Shown in pieces: positions 13,378 through 26,235 of a DNA stretch of 64,000 nucleotides (its first letter is position 1; each line of letters begins with the position of its first letter). The stretch comes from Mobula hypostoma (Eukaryota), in assembly GCF_963921235.1 (NCBI RefSeq), contig NC_086108.1, forward strand, positions 14,260,001-14,324,000. The letters are read 5' to 3'. A program made the position numbers and the translations under genes. The notes under the pieces were generated by a model. The model ran no database searches. It had not been told where the DNA came from and saw only the letters and a program-made list of their open reading frames with translations.

Positions 13378-14217
13378 CACCAAAGCCTGTTGAGACAAAG
13401 CCTGACCATGTAACACTAGCTCAATCACATAGTGGTTGCTGCACTTGCCTCTCATTTCTTTTTATTGGCCTTTGCCAAGTACCTCATAGTTCATTATGAT
13501 GAAAGGGCCTGTCAAAAATTCCCAGAAGAACCTTAGCTCTTTTTAAACCTTGCGCTGCCTCGCTTAGAAGCAAGTGCTCCCGATGGTCAAAGGGCGCTGG
13601 GTTTTCTTGGGAGTATGAGCTTTAATGGTTTTTTTTTCTCTTGAGGGACTATTATGTAATATCACTGTACACTTAGAATCATATGGCTGTATTACAGAGT
13701 GGAAAGCCTTTTACCCATGACAACCTTGCTGCACATCTGCACTAATTTACCCTCTATAGGATATTCATCTCTGCAGAGAGCATGCACTAATACAAGATTG
13801 TGTTTCCCTGGATGCAAGTGCTATAGCAGTAGTCTCTGTTTCCCTGGTGGGAATGCAATGTACATTTACCTTGAGAAATTGCACAATTGCACTTCAACCC
13901 TTGAAATACTGGTGTTATAATAGTTAAGGGAATGCATTCTGGTGTTACAGCCCATGTATTACAATACTCACATTATGTCATCAGCCAATGGTGAGGTATT
14001 ACAAGACTGAAGAATAACTAATGCGGTCTCATTGTTTGAAAAGGGCAAGTAGGAATAAGCCTGGAAATTACAGGATGATGAGTATTCCATCACCAGCAGG
14101 AAAGTTGAAGAAGATTCTGAAAGACAGAATTTCTGTTTTCTTGGAAAGGGAAGGACTGATCAGAAGTATCTGCATTTTATAGTGCAGGGGAGATACTGTA
14201 TCATAAGCCTCTGTTTT

Positions 14218-15639
14218 CGTCATGGTCCGGATCGGGGTCCCTTTAAATTTACCTTGTTTGTTACGATCCGGACCGTTGATTCCCTGTTTTCCCGTGTCCC
14301 TCGACTTTGGTGATTAGAGGCAATTAACACTCGGCTGAACCGGTAGTTTATAGTCTCCGGCTTTCGGCCATTCGGAGCAGGAGCGACTGCAAGGTCACGG
14401 CGTGCCAATGTCATCTAGCCGGAGTTAGCCTAGTCTCCGCCCGAAGCAAGTGCTGGTAATTCGCCTTTCCTCACTGGAGCAACCCTGTCCAGTTACCTCG
14501 CCGAAGCGAGCCTGCAAAGTTTCCTCATCAAGGTGGGTCCATCAGTTAACCCGCCGGAGAGAATCAAGAGCCGCTGTCTACTGTTCCCGGGCCAAGTCGA
14601 GAGCTCGGCGCTACCCGGAGGCTCCAAGCACTACGTCCTGGCTCTGGCGGCATCCAAGTACCACGTCCACGTCCTGGCTCCGGCGGCGTTCAAGTACCGT
14701 GTCAAGTCCTGTCCCTGGAGGCGTTCAAGTACCATGTCAAGTCCTGGCCCTAGCGGCTTCCAGTTCTGAGTCTAGTCCTGGCCCTGGCGGTCTGTGATTC
14801 CTGTCCTACCCCCTCGTCTGAATCCCTTCTCTGCCCCTCTCACCTCTAGCCCTCATCTGCAGCCCCCGCCTGCACTTTGGTCTAGTTCCATCACCAGAGT
14901 TAGATAGGTACTGTCTGGTGCCCATTCGTGTTGGTCTTGTCTTGTCTTGTCCTCACCTCCGTCGGGTAAGTCTGGCCGTCTTGCCGTTGCCCCGCGGGGA
15001 GTCATGTGTTGTCCTGTCCTCGCCTCCGTGAGGTAAGTCAGGCCGTCTTACCATTGCCCTGTGGGGAGTAATGTCTTGTCTTGTCCTGTCCTCACCTCCG
15101 TGGGGTAAATCAGGCCATCTTGCAGTTGCCCCGCGGGGAGTCGTGCCTCCGTGGGGTAAGTCAGGCCGTCTTGCCATTGCCCCGCGGAGGGTCATGAGTC
15201 CTGGCCCAATGTCCTGTACCCAAGGAGGGGTCCCGGCTCTCTGTTCTGTGTATATGTCCATGGTTCCATGTACCTGCTCTCCCGAGACCGAGGCTCTGTT
15301 TTCCATGTTCCTCCTCTACCTAGCCCATGTCATGTCCATGCCTGGTTCTGGGGTCCGAGCCCGAGGCAAGACCCAGGTACTAGGGTCCTTGCCCAGTCTC
15401 GGGTTCGGAGTCCGTACCCTAGCCTCTTCATGTCTCCTCTAGTTCTGGGAGCCAATTCCGAGTCCTAGCCCAGACCCTTGGTCCCAGCCTAGTCGTAGTC
15501 CTCAGTCCTTGTCCAATTCGCTACTCCTGCTCCTGCCTAGCTCTCCTGATATCAAACAATAAACTAAATCTAAGTAACCTCACAAGATGTGTCTTGCATT
15601 TGGGTCCACCCTTGCTCCCAATGCCCTGCCACTGTGACA
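14218..15639 (+). mobile_element. Large CpG-rich solo LTR (1422 bp) with 5-bp TSD and internal tandem arrays
   Basis: Ends (C)GTCA...TGACA with TSD GTTTT (14213-14217, 15640-15644) and AATAAA near 15557. Contains about 36-bp repeats (14630-14790) and about 50-70-bp repeats (14940-15190). Confidence 0.8.
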
Positions 15640-16023
15640 GTTTTCTGAGTAGGTAACTAAGAAAATTGATGGAGACAGAGCAGTGGACATGGTTTACATG
15701 GACTTCAGTAAGGCCATTGACAAGGTCCTATATAATAGTCTGGTGCAAAAGTTTGAGGCACAAGGGATCCAAGGTGAATTGCAAACAGTGTCCAAAATTG
15801 GCCTGGTGATAGGAGGCAGAGGGTGGTGCTGCATGGATGTTTTCTATGGCTGGAAGTTTGAGAAAAGTGCTGTACACGATCAGTGCCGTGGCCTTTGTTA
15901 TTTGTAACTTATATAAATGACTTGCATCACAATGTAGGACTATCGATTAGTAAGTTTACAATCAGGTTTACAAATTTGAAAATGAGTTTGCAAATTTCAT
16001 AAAAACTAGTGGGGGCTCTAGAT

Positions 16024-16103
16024 CAAGGGTTTCCAACCTGGGGTCCATGGACCTTTTGGCTAATGGTAAGGCTCCATGGCATTAAAAAGGTTGGTAGCCC
16101 TTG
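16024..16103. mobile_element. 80-bp hAT (Charlie-like) MITE
   Basis: TIRs CAAGGGTTTCCAACC / GGTTGGTAGCCCTTG; 8-bp TSD CTCTAGAT/TTCTAGAT. Confidence 0.85.
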
Positions 16104-16492
16104 TTCTAGATAGTGAAAATGTTGTTTAGGGTGCAGCGGTACAGAGATTAGCTGAAACATTGGGTGGAGTAGTAGCAGATAGAATCTGGCAGACGTGAAG
16201 TAATGCACTTGGGGAGGTCAAATTCTGGTATGGCGTACAGAGTAAATAGCAGAGACCTTATAAATATAGATGTATAGAAGAACCTGAGGGTGCAAGTTCA
16301 TAGTTCCCTGAAAATGATAATACAGGTAGATAGAGTAGTGAAGATTGCATTTGCTCTGCTGCCTTCTTAGGGTGAGGCACTGAGCATAGAAATTGGGAAA
16401 TGGTGTTGCAGCTCTACAATACATTGGTTAGACTACACTTGAAGTATTACATATATTTCTGGTCACCACGCTATGGGAAGGATGTGGTAGCA

Positions 16493-16495
<3 letters not shown>

Positions 16496-16544
<49 letters not shown>
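16496..16544. repeat. (GA)n microsatellite
   Basis: Perfect dinucleotide run inside CR1. Confidence 0.97.
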
Positions 16545-16546
<2 letters not shown>

Positions 16547-17519
16547 CAGAAGAGACTCGCCATGGTGTTGCCTGGAATGGAGGGCTGTAATTATCAGGAG
16601 AGATTGGATAGACTGGGTTTATTCTCTGGAATGTAAGAGGCTGGGGGATGACCTTATAGAGATTTACAAAATCATGAGGAGCTTATATAAGTTGGAAAGC
16701 AGAGTCGTTCTCAGGGGGCAGGAGAGTCCAGAACAAGAGGGTACTGTTTAAGTTGAGAGGGGAGATGTTTTAAACAAAACCTGAGGGGGAAGATTTTCAC
16801 ACAGATGGCGATGGTTTTCCTGAATAAGCTGCCAGAGGTGGATGTTGAGGTCAGTGTAATTACAGATTTAAAAAAGCATTTGGATATAAGTTTGGACAGG
16901 AAAGGTATAGAGGGATACAGGCCTAATGTGGCCAAATAGGACGAGTGTAGATAGGCACCATGGTTGGATGGAGGAGCTGCTTCTGTACTGTGTTTGACTA
17001 TACGTATGTTATAATACAAGATTTTGTTTCGCTGCAGAAAAAGATATTTTTGCAGTTTGCAATTCTCTGGAGGAAATTCATCGAATTATTCAACATAGAA
17101 ACAATCCCTACAGCTCTCGTACCATGCTGACCATTGTGCACACTTGTACTGAACCCATTTTGCAGTACATGACCTGTGTCTGACTGCACCTTGGCAATAC
17201 AAATGCTCATAATCATACTAAAATATTGTGAGAGTCTCTGCCTTCACCATCGCTCAGTTAGTCCTCCAGATTGCAACCACCCTTCAGGTGAACAAACATC
17301 TGAATTGGATCACCTTCACATTTTCTACCCCTTGCCTTTAACATGTGGCTTTTATCTTTAGAAGTCTCTTTTATGGCAGAAAGGTTTCTTTCTGTCTACC
17401 TTGTCCGACAAAATTACTCATAATTTTGTATTCCTCTAACATGTAGCTAAACTCTTCTGCTCCATACCCTCAGCCTCTTCTCCAAGCAAGTGCTCAGAGA
17501 GGATATTCTTGAGAGACCA

Positions 17520-18915
17520 TTTGCATAGTACTTGTGTGCAGTCAGGTGGTTGCTGTGATAACTTAGGATCTGATCTGAATGTGTTCCTTTACAATAACTG
17601 CCATTTATGTTTCTACTGATAAGCACGTCCACAAATGCTAGTTTCCCCTCAGTTTCTGTTTTTATTGTGAAGATAATATTGTTGTACACATCGTTGATTA
17701 GTTTGTAAATTCTTTCTAATTAACTATGACAAAGATATCATCGATGTAACTGACTCAAGTTTTGGGGTTTATAATTGCAAACACCGTCTTTTCTAACATT
17801 TGCATAATGGCCTCCGCTATGAACCCGAAGATGGGCAATCCCCTTGGAGTTTATACTTTATACTTTATTGTCGCCAAACAATTGATGCTAGAGCATACAA
17901 TCATCACAGCGATATTTGATTCTGCTCTTCGTGCTCCCTGGAGTACAAATCGATAGTAAATATTAAAAATTTAAATTATAAATCATAAATAGAAAATAGT
18001 AAAGGGAAAGTAAGGTAGTGCAAAAAAACCAAGAGGCAGGTCCGGATATTTGGAGGGTATGGCCCAGATCCGGGTCAGGATCCGTTCAGCAGTCTTATCA
18101 CAGTTGGAAAGAAGCTGTTCCCAAATCTGGCCGTACGAGTCTTCAAGCTCCTGAGCCTTCTCCCAGAGGGAAGAGGGACGAAAAGTGTGTTGGCTGGGTG
18201 GGTCGTGTCCTTGATTATCCTGGCAGCACTGCTCCGACAGCGTGCGGTGTAAAGTGAGTCCAAGGATGGAAGATTGGCTTGTGTGATGTGCTGCGCCGTG
18301 TTCACGATCTTCTGCAGCTTCTTCCGGTCTTGGACAGGACAACTTCCATACCAGGTTGTGATGCACCCCAGAAGAATGCTTTCTACGGTGCATCTATAAA
18401 AATTAGTGAGGGTTTTAGGGGACAGGCTATAGTGTGCCATTAAATTTAAAGTAGGTGCATAAGCAGAATTCTGCTAGTTCGCATGTGCTATCTTTGCTTG
18501 GTTTCCCAGGGTTTGTTTCTTCATTGGGGAGCAATTCTATTAAAATTTCTTTGTCTAGGTTAAGATCAATGGAGCTGAACAGAGAGGTGACATCAAACGA
18601 GATCATTGTTTCATCCTCATCTATGAGGATGTTGTTCAGTTTGTGCAAGAACTGTTGTACATTATTTATTGAGTGTTCATATCCTGCTAGTAGATATCAA
18701 AGACGCCGCCACATTTCTCTCACTAACTTGTAAGTAGGGATCCTGGTAACGATATAATTGGACATAGGGGTGTTCTTGCTTTGTGAACCTTTGGAAGGCC
18801 ATAAAATTGCAAAAATGTTAGCATCATTTGCCTTCAATCTGCAACACTCGCCTTTTGTGAATCTTTGCAGGTCCTGAAGCTGTTTCAAATAACGTTTTAT
18901 TTTGTTGGCTAATAC
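17520..18915 (-). mobile_element. Penelope-like element reverse transcriptase remnant
   Basis: MISFDVTSLFSSI, CLCTYFKFNG, YIDDIF (about 17735-17750) and FTIKTETEGKLAFVDV...KGTHSDQILSYHSNH are typical PLE RT motifs; split by a Rex1/Babar insertion. Confidence 0.85.
17846..18426 (-). mobile_element. Young 5'-truncated Rex1/Babar-like LINE
   Basis: Uninterrupted ORF end TLTNFYRCTVESILLGCITTWYG...RFGNSFFPTVIRLLN, followed by a 3' UTR with AATAAA and a short tandem tail. Confidence 0.85.
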
Positions 18916-19004
18916 ATGAACATCAACTGGCTGTAAAGCGCAATGATCAACTCTCCCTAGTCTCAACCAATGAAGATCAGGAGGGGCACATATTTGACTG
19001 GGCC

Positions 19005-19370
19005 TCACTGGAAATCATGCCACAAGCAAATACACGGCATGCAAAAGAATTCCTGGAGGCTTGTTTTTCTGCAAACAATTCTGTAAACAAGCATGTAGAC
19101 CTCGATCCTCTTTATGAGTCGATGTGAGCAAAATTCCAGACCACAGCAATACGAATTCCACCACACAACCAATCGTTGATGAGATTTCCATCCCACATCA
19201 CAATTGAGTTTCCAAAATGATGAGCAATCAGCTAATTGATTAGTATATAAAGGCCAAGCATTCGGAGGATACACCACAGATGACAGTGACTGATGATATC
19301 TCCTTGCATGGTGACAAAATGTTTGCAAGTAAATTGACCCAACTGTCAATGATCTGAGCTACACATAAAC
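19005..19370 (+). mobile_element. Penelope-like 3' end/terminal repeat, inverted relative to the adjacent RT body
   Basis: Reads LEIMPQANTRHAKEFLEACFSANNSVNKHVDLDPLY (GIY-YIG C-terminus-like), followed by TATATAAA and a decayed hammerhead core CTGATGA (19290-19296). Confidence 0.7.
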
Positions 19371-19371
19371 C

Positions 19372-20165
19372 ATAAGACCATAGGACATAGGAGCAGAATT
19401 AGTCCATTTGTCCTAGACTCTCCCACCATGGGAAACACCCTTTCCGCATCTACTCTGTCTAGGCCTTTCAACATTTCCCCTCATCCTTCTAAATTCCAGT
19501 GAGTACAGACCATGAATTTTCCAACATTGTATTCCATTTGCCACTTTCTTGTCTATTCTCCAAATCAGTCTAAGTCCTTTTGTAGCCTACCTGTTTCCTC
19601 AACACTGCCTGCCCCTCCTCCAATCTTCATATCATCTGCAAACTTGGCAACAAAGTCATCTATTCCATCATCTAAATCATTGATATAGAGCATAAAAAGA
19701 AGTGGTCCCAACACCAACCCCTGCGGAACACCATCACTCACTGGCAGCCAACCAGAGAAAGGATCCTTTTATTTTCACTCGCTGCATCCTACCAATCAGC
19801 CAATGTTCTAACCATGCCAGTAACTTTCCTGTAATAGCATGGGCTTGTAGCTTGGTAAGCAACCATGTGTTGCACTTTGTCAAAGGCCTTCTGAAAGTCC
19901 AAATATACAACATCCATTGCATCCCCTTTAACTATCCCTCTTGTAATCACCTCAGGTTGCAACAGGTTCCACCAGGTTTGTCAGGCAAGATTTTCCCTTA
20001 AGGAAACCATGCTGACTTTGTCCAATTTGATCCTGTGTCATGAGGTACTCCATCACCTCATCCTTAACAATTGACTCCAACATCTTCCCAAACACTGAGG
20101 TCAAGCTAACTGGTCTATAATTTCCTTTCTGCTGCTTTTCTCCCTTTTTAAAGAGTGGAATCATT
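19372..20165 (-). mobile_element. CR1 LINE RT/3' fragment
   Basis: PLFKKG...NYRPVSLTS...QHGFLKGKSCLTNL; (TTATGGTC)-type tail at about 19372. Confidence 0.85.
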
Positions 20166-21429
20166 TACGAATCTTCCGAATTATTTCCATACAGTTTCTT
20201 ATTGCAAGATATAGATGAACCTACTGAGAAAGGAAAAATAGTGGGCCTCCTCTTAAGAGAATAAGATGGGCCAAGTAACTGAAATGGCAATTGGGGAAGC
20301 ACTTTGGGTCCAGTGAACACTATTATATTAGTGTTAAAATAGTAATGGAAAAAGATAGAACCAGTCTACAGATTAAAGTTTTCAGCTGGAGCAAGACCAA
20401 TATTGAGATCATCAGGCAGGGTTGACTGGGTGACTTTATTGAAAAGCAAAGGAACAGTTGGCAAGTGGGAGGCTTTTAAAAGGGCCATATCAAGTCCAGG
20501 TGCATCATTTTCTAATTAGGGTGAAGGATAGACTTACCAAGTTCAGGGAGTCCTGGCTGATGAGAGATCTCGAGACTCAGGCCAGGAAAAGGAGGGAAAT
20601 CTTTTAAGTAGCAGTGTAGTGAGTACCTGGAATAACCTGCCAGAAGATGTGGTTGAGATCAATGTATTTGCAAGACTTAAGAGGCATCTTGGATAATGAC
20701 TTGCATGGGAAAGGCTTCAAGGGTTATGAGTCTAATGTAGTCACCTGGGACTAATAGGGAGGATATTGTGTCCAGCATGGACCAGTTGAGCCGAAGGGTC
20801 TGTTTCTGTGCTATATAGAGTGTGATATCACTCTATGACTCAAAGGGAAGTAAACCCTATTTAAGGGAAGCTTCTCCATTCTCTCCTCATAATTAAAATA
20901 CTCTATTCTAGTCAACATCTTGGTAAATCTCCCCTGCTGCCGCTCCAATGTTGTCAGAACTGCACACAACATCCCAGCTGCGGCCTAACCAATACTTTAT
21001 ACGGTTTACCATAACCTTCCTGTTTTCATATTCTCTGCTCTGGCTAATGAAGCCAAATATCCCAAGTACCATCTATGCTCTGTGCTCACACCAAGTATCA
21101 CTGGATTTGGAACCCAAAGTCTCTCTTTTGCTCAAGTCAATAACCAAGCCGTTGAACTTTCAAGCTGCCAGTCCAGTGAATGGTATTCAAGCCACCAACC
21201 CCCTTTTAATTGTATTTTGATGTAACACAACAGTATTATGATTTTCTCAGCGAACTAGGTGACTTTTAAGAGAGCATGGAAAACAAAATCCAGTGAGGTT
21301 AAATGGAACGCTGGAAATGGAGCTCCAGTGAAGTTAAGGGCAGCGGGGGCGGGGGGGGGGGTTGGGTATGGAGTCCAAGGGTGGCTTAAAGGAGAAGTTA
21401 CCCAGGAAAATGATTGGTGTCATTTACAG

Positions 21430-22319
21430 CAGTGATTCTCAACCTTGTTGGCTACGGCCCCCTTAAGAGTTCTCCTCTGGTTCCAGGGCCCCCCTTTCAA
21501 ACAGGGATACAACACGAACAGATAAACAGAAAATCATTTATTATTGAACACCAAGAAAAAAAAAATTCTGAAATCTAAGGGTTTATCCTTCTTCTCTGGA
21601 TGCGAGGTACCCAAATGTTTTTTTTCAATTTGCTTGGCCTCATGCTTTCATTTGACAATGTAGTCATGCAGTTCAAACACATGGGCAAAGATGGGTTTTG
21701 TGGAGATGCGATGAAACCATACGATAAGTATTCCACTGAATACTGCCGACACTTTTTTTTTCACCAAGGAACTCATGGGTAGAGTTATTTCTGAAATAAT
21801 AAGCGCATGAAATACAGACACATTACTGACAAAAAAAAATGCTATCACCCGGAGTCAGGAATTTTCTTTTTTCGGTGACTTCATATGTAGTAATAAATAC
21901 TTTTCACAACCTACCTTAACGTGTAATATATCCAAATACATATACTTTAAAGTTACTAGGCTAAAAAAGGCCTGGGAAGATACGCTGATCTTCGGAGAAT
22001 GAAGTATGGCGATAATGGATGTGAGAACCCTTGATTGTATACGTTGACCTGGTGCAGTCTGATTCGCGACTGACTCTGAAGTGAGGCTGTGTGGGAGGAG
22101 CTTAAGCAATGAATTTACCAGATGCGCTGAATTCAGATGGTGGGTTGGAAAGATATTATAAATAGGAGGAAAACTGTTGACTCCAATGAAGGTTGCTGCT
22201 TGGGTATTTCATTGGTTCAGTTACCAGGGCCCCCATAAACCCTTGGGGCTCCCCTTCTCACAGTTTTCAGTCAATGGCCCCCTTCAACTGTGCCATATCG
22301 CCCCTGTTGAGAATGGCTG
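21430..22319 (-). mobile_element. hAT-Charlie/Buster DNA transposon internal-deletion derivative
   Basis: TIRs CAGTGATTCTCAAC / GTTGAGAATGGCTG and 8-bp TSD ATTTACAG/GTTTACAG. Minus strand about 21560-21776 encodes KKCRQYSVEYLSYGF...PMCLNCMTTLSNESMRPSKLKK/HLGTSHPEKKDKPLDF, the BED-finger N-terminus of a Buster-type transposase (frameshifted). Confidence 0.9.
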
Positions 22320-22412
22320 GTTTACAGGAAAACACTCATTTGGTAAATTGGCTGGCAAAACAATGTCAGATGATATTTGATCTTAATAAGTTTGAGGGGT
22401 CAGTCTAACAAG

Positions 22413-22641
22413 TGTGGTAAACCATGTATATATGTTGTAACTCGGTTACCTGTCTGGACACACACCTCTGCTGACTGCCCCTTTGGCTCCTCCCACAGAG
22501 TCCTGTATAAAGGTGTTCACCTTGCCCCTCCCCCTCAGTCCGGGGGCAGACACTCACTGTGGAGGTCGTATTGTACAGCGAATAAAAGCCTTTCAGTATT
22601 TTACCAAACCTCAGTCTTTTGGAGTAATTGAAGGTGCTTCA
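22413..22641 (+). mobile_element. 229-bp solo LTR
   Basis: TG...CA ends, perfect 5-bp TSD ACAAG, TATAAA at 22506 and AATAAA at 22581. Confidence 0.85.
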
Positions 22642-22842
22642 ACAAGTCCAGCACACATATTTGTCATGAACCCTGGGTCCTTAGATCTGTGTTTTCTTGG
22701 AATGAGTGCTGTCATTCAAGTGCTTGATTCAATGAAGGCAGTGCGGTAAGGTGTTTTCCTTGAATAAGTGTTTATATAAATGTGCTTTTTATTTGGGTTA
22801 ACATTAATTTTTGTTCCATTTCCCTGGAAATAGTGTGAGTGT

Positions 22843-22859
22843 GTCTCTCTCTTTCTTTC

Positions 22860-22901
<42 letters not shown>

Positions 22902-22931
22902 CCTCCCTCCCTCCCTCCCTCCCTCCCTCCC
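22843..22931. repeat. Compound (TC)n/(CCCT)n polypyrimidine microsatellite
   Basis: Direct reading. Confidence 0.95.
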
Positions 22932-23866
22932 TGGAGTGACAGCAAAGTGAGTGTGTAGCTGAAGTGACATTTAAAAAAGAAACACATACGTTTACTTGCA
23001 GAAAAGTATGAAGTGTTTGCTTCCCTAGAGGGAATGCGATTGTAAGCTTCCTGGAGGGATTTCATTGATAGAAGTGGGTGTGCCAATAAAGAGACCTCTA
23101 TAAATCCAGGCAGATTTTTCGCTTGACAAATTTCTGTAAAATGTGCTTCCTGCAGAGATTGTGAAAATACAATTACGCTTTTTCTTTCAAAGTGTTTTGT
23201 AGAACAAGTGTTTGCTTCTCCGGAGACAGTATTTCTGTGAATTGTGTACTTACTAGATAAAGTGGTAAAATGCAGCTTTGTATTATGTATCTGCAGAGTG
23301 ACTGCTGCAATATGAGGTTATGTGTTATCTGTAGTGTTTGTATCTACCGGAGTAAGTGGATCTAGAAGAAATGCTGCACCACAAACATATGTGAGACTGA
23401 AGAAAAAGCAAAAATACAAGGCATACAGTGTATGTTGGGAAAGAACACTGCAGTGTGTGTCTCTTTAGGGACTGCTACAAGGATATTTGTCACTGGACGA
23501 AGTGCTGTGATACAAGGATTTGTCGTTTTGGATAGAGTGTTTTTATACAAGAAGTATATGTCTTTCAAGGAAGTGTTGGAGGCTAGTGTGTATGTGTCTA
23601 GACTGATGGAATACAGTGGTGTCTTTGCTGGAAGGAATGCAAGGATGTGTGACTTTGAGAGACGTTCTTGAATGCAGGTGCACATCTGCCTAAAAGGGAT
23701 GCTTTAGTACAGGGGTATGTGTAACTAGAGGGAATGTCTGGAAGGAATTATATATATGAGATGATGCATTTTGGGAAGTCAAATAGGGGCAGGACACATA
23801 CAGTAAGTGGTAGGGCACTGAGGACTTAGAATTCAAGTCCATTATTCCCTGAAAATGGCAAAACTG

Positions 23867-24883
23867 AAAGAGAAGTGGGAGAAAGAAGCAGGGTTGATAC
23901 TTTCAGAGGAGGCTTGGGGGAAAATATGCAGCTTCCAGTGGTCTTCGACTAACTCTTTGATTTGGAGAAAACATCGTTGGAAAAATATTATAAGATACTT
24001 CAAGAGCCCAAACTAGGAAAAATGTAAAGACACAAACGAGGCGTGTTAGAGAAGGTGTGGCTCCAAAGAGGCAAATCATTTCCATATTTTTTGGGATCGC
24101 CTAAATTAAGTTTATATTGGGGAAGGTATTCACAGGACATTAGTTAAGGTATTTAAGACTCAGATACCTCTGAACTTTGAGACTCTCTACTTGGGGCATG
24201 TATTGTTTTTGGAACAGAAGAAAGATAAAAAGCTGCTGCAGGCCCTTTTAGCGGCAAGTAAGAAATCAATCACCAGAAAGTGGTTAAATCCAGCATCACC
24301 TACATGAGAAGATTGGCATGAAATCATTTTGGAAATATTTAAAATGGAAAAGATGACCTACTCTCTGAGAATTCAAAAAGAAAAATTTTATCAAATTTGG
24401 AATAAATGGATTGAATTTATAACCCCAGAGTGAGCAGACTTTAGATGACTCTCCTAATGGTTTATACTGTTTGTCTCACCAACATAGTAATAGTGTTAAA
24501 GTAAGCACCCTTGGCTCGAATGTTTACTGTTCTTTTTTTATGGAAAATGTGGAATTAACACAAGTAAAGAAAAGATCTGGGGAAATTTTGGACCAGAAAG
24601 AAATGGACCAGAAGAGATGCATGGAAATTAGTATTCAACCACTATTATTAATATTTTTATAACAACTATTGTCATTATTTAGTTTAATAGAGTGGAATTA
24701 CAATTGCACATAAACATCTATTTGAGTACCTAATTATTTTCTATATTATCTCAATGTGCACTTGTGAATCTACAAATTAATATAGATTTACTCACATAAA
24801 AATGGAAAAGGCTATATATGTAAAAAAAAAGTTTGTGTATTACTTGTGAATACCTTATCCAAATAAAAATACAATTTTTTTTA
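23867..24883 (+). mobile_element. 5'-truncated L1-clade LINE with 15-bp TSD
   Basis: KEKWEKEAGLILSEEAW and a C..C..H..HIFWD ORF2 C-terminal zinc-knuckle remnant, AT-rich 3' UTR with AATAAA, and TSD AAAATGGCAAAACTG at 23852-23866 and 24884-24898. Confidence 0.85.
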
Positions 24884-25383
24884 AAAATGGCAAAACTGGT
24901 AATTAAGGTATTGAAGGAGGGATAGAGCATGTTTGCCTTAATAGGTCAGGACATAGAATTTGACATTATGGTGCAACTTTACAAAATAATGGTTAGACTG
25001 CATTTCTGACTATTACTTTATAGGAAGGATGTGGTTGCAGGGGAGAGAGTGCCTGGATCAGAATACTTTAGTCTTGGCGAGAGATTGGATGGGTTATGTT
25101 TGATTAGCCTGGAGTGAAGGAGGCTGAGGGGTAATCTGATGGTACTGTATGTCAAATTATAGGAAATGTACATAAGATAGATAGTCAGAAAACATTTTCT
25201 GTCTAAAACAAGACGGCATCAGTTTAAAGGGAAAGGAAGGAGTTGTAAAGGGGATTTGAGGGTAGGCTTTCTTTTACACAGTGATTGTTATTTAGAATGC
25301 ACTGCCAGAGGAGGTGGTAGAACTGGATACAATTGCTATTTTTAAGAGGCATTTAACCAAGAACTTGAGTATTCAAGGCATAA

Positions 25384-26235
25384 AGAAGACACAAGAGTTT
25401 GCAGATGCTGGAATCTGGAGCATCACACAAAAAGATCAAAGAACTTGGGCAATTCAGCAGGTCATGCAGCATCAGAGAGGGTACATGGATAGTCGACATT
25501 TCCAGTCGAGATCCTTCATCTAAGTTGAAAGCTAGAGGGGAAATAGAAAGCTTATAAAGAGGTGACGGGGTGGAAATACGTCTCTGCCAAAGGCGTCCCT
25601 TCCCTCTGCTAACCTGCAGGTCACCATTGGGCAAGTGTATCACTTGCTTGGACCCCAGTCAGGGTCATGCGAAGCCATGGGAGCAGGTAATGGATGTTTG
25701 CTTGAGCAATGGCAAACCACTTGGCATGATCGTGATCGCCTACGTCATGTGACACGGCACATAATTATAACAATATAGAGGTGAAGGGAAGGGGTTGGCG
25801 GGTGAGAAGAGGGATAGGCAGAGAAGTAGGGGTGAGTTGAAGCAGCATCTGGACTGAGTGGAGGAGGGGGAAGAAACATGGGATTGAGGTGAGTAGAGGA
25901 ATGACCGGGTACATGGAGGAGAGAGAAAAGGGACGGGGGAGCAGTTTGCCAGCTTGTAGAGGAGCCCAACAGAATAAATGCTACTGCTTCTCTGGCTGCA
26001 ATGGTTCTCACCCTGGCAGTGGAGGAGGCCAAGGACAGTGCGGGAATAGGGAGGGGAATTCAAAATGGCTGGCAACCAGGAGATCCAGACAGTGATGATG
26101 GATGGAGCCACATGTGCTTGGTGAAGTGATTACCCAATCGGGGTCTGGTCTCACCGATTTAGGGAATGCCACACTGGAGACAATAAATAACGCTGGTGGA
26201 TTTGCATATGAAAAACCCTTTCACCTCAAAGGACT
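25384..26235 (-). mobile_element. Decayed Penelope-like 3' end interrupted by a short unrelated repeat (about 25570-25750)
   Basis: Terminal-repeat motif gcagatgctggaatc...tcgac...ccttcatc related to the 4848-5575 family, plus a GIY-YIG-region remnant at about 25960-26230. Confidence 0.6.

Larger units (their letters stand above)
13965..16995 (+). mobile_element. CR1 LINE RT and 3' end hosting a solo LTR, a MITE and a (GA)n tract
   Basis: DMVYMDFSKAIDKV and LQLYNTLVRLHLKY...FWSP motifs and a CR1-type 3' UTR. Confidence 0.85.

Noticed and set aside
14450..15468. GC-rich ORFs of 66-123 aa as host genes
   Set aside because: They lie inside a TSD-flanked solo LTR and arise from its tandem repeats; no recognisable domain.
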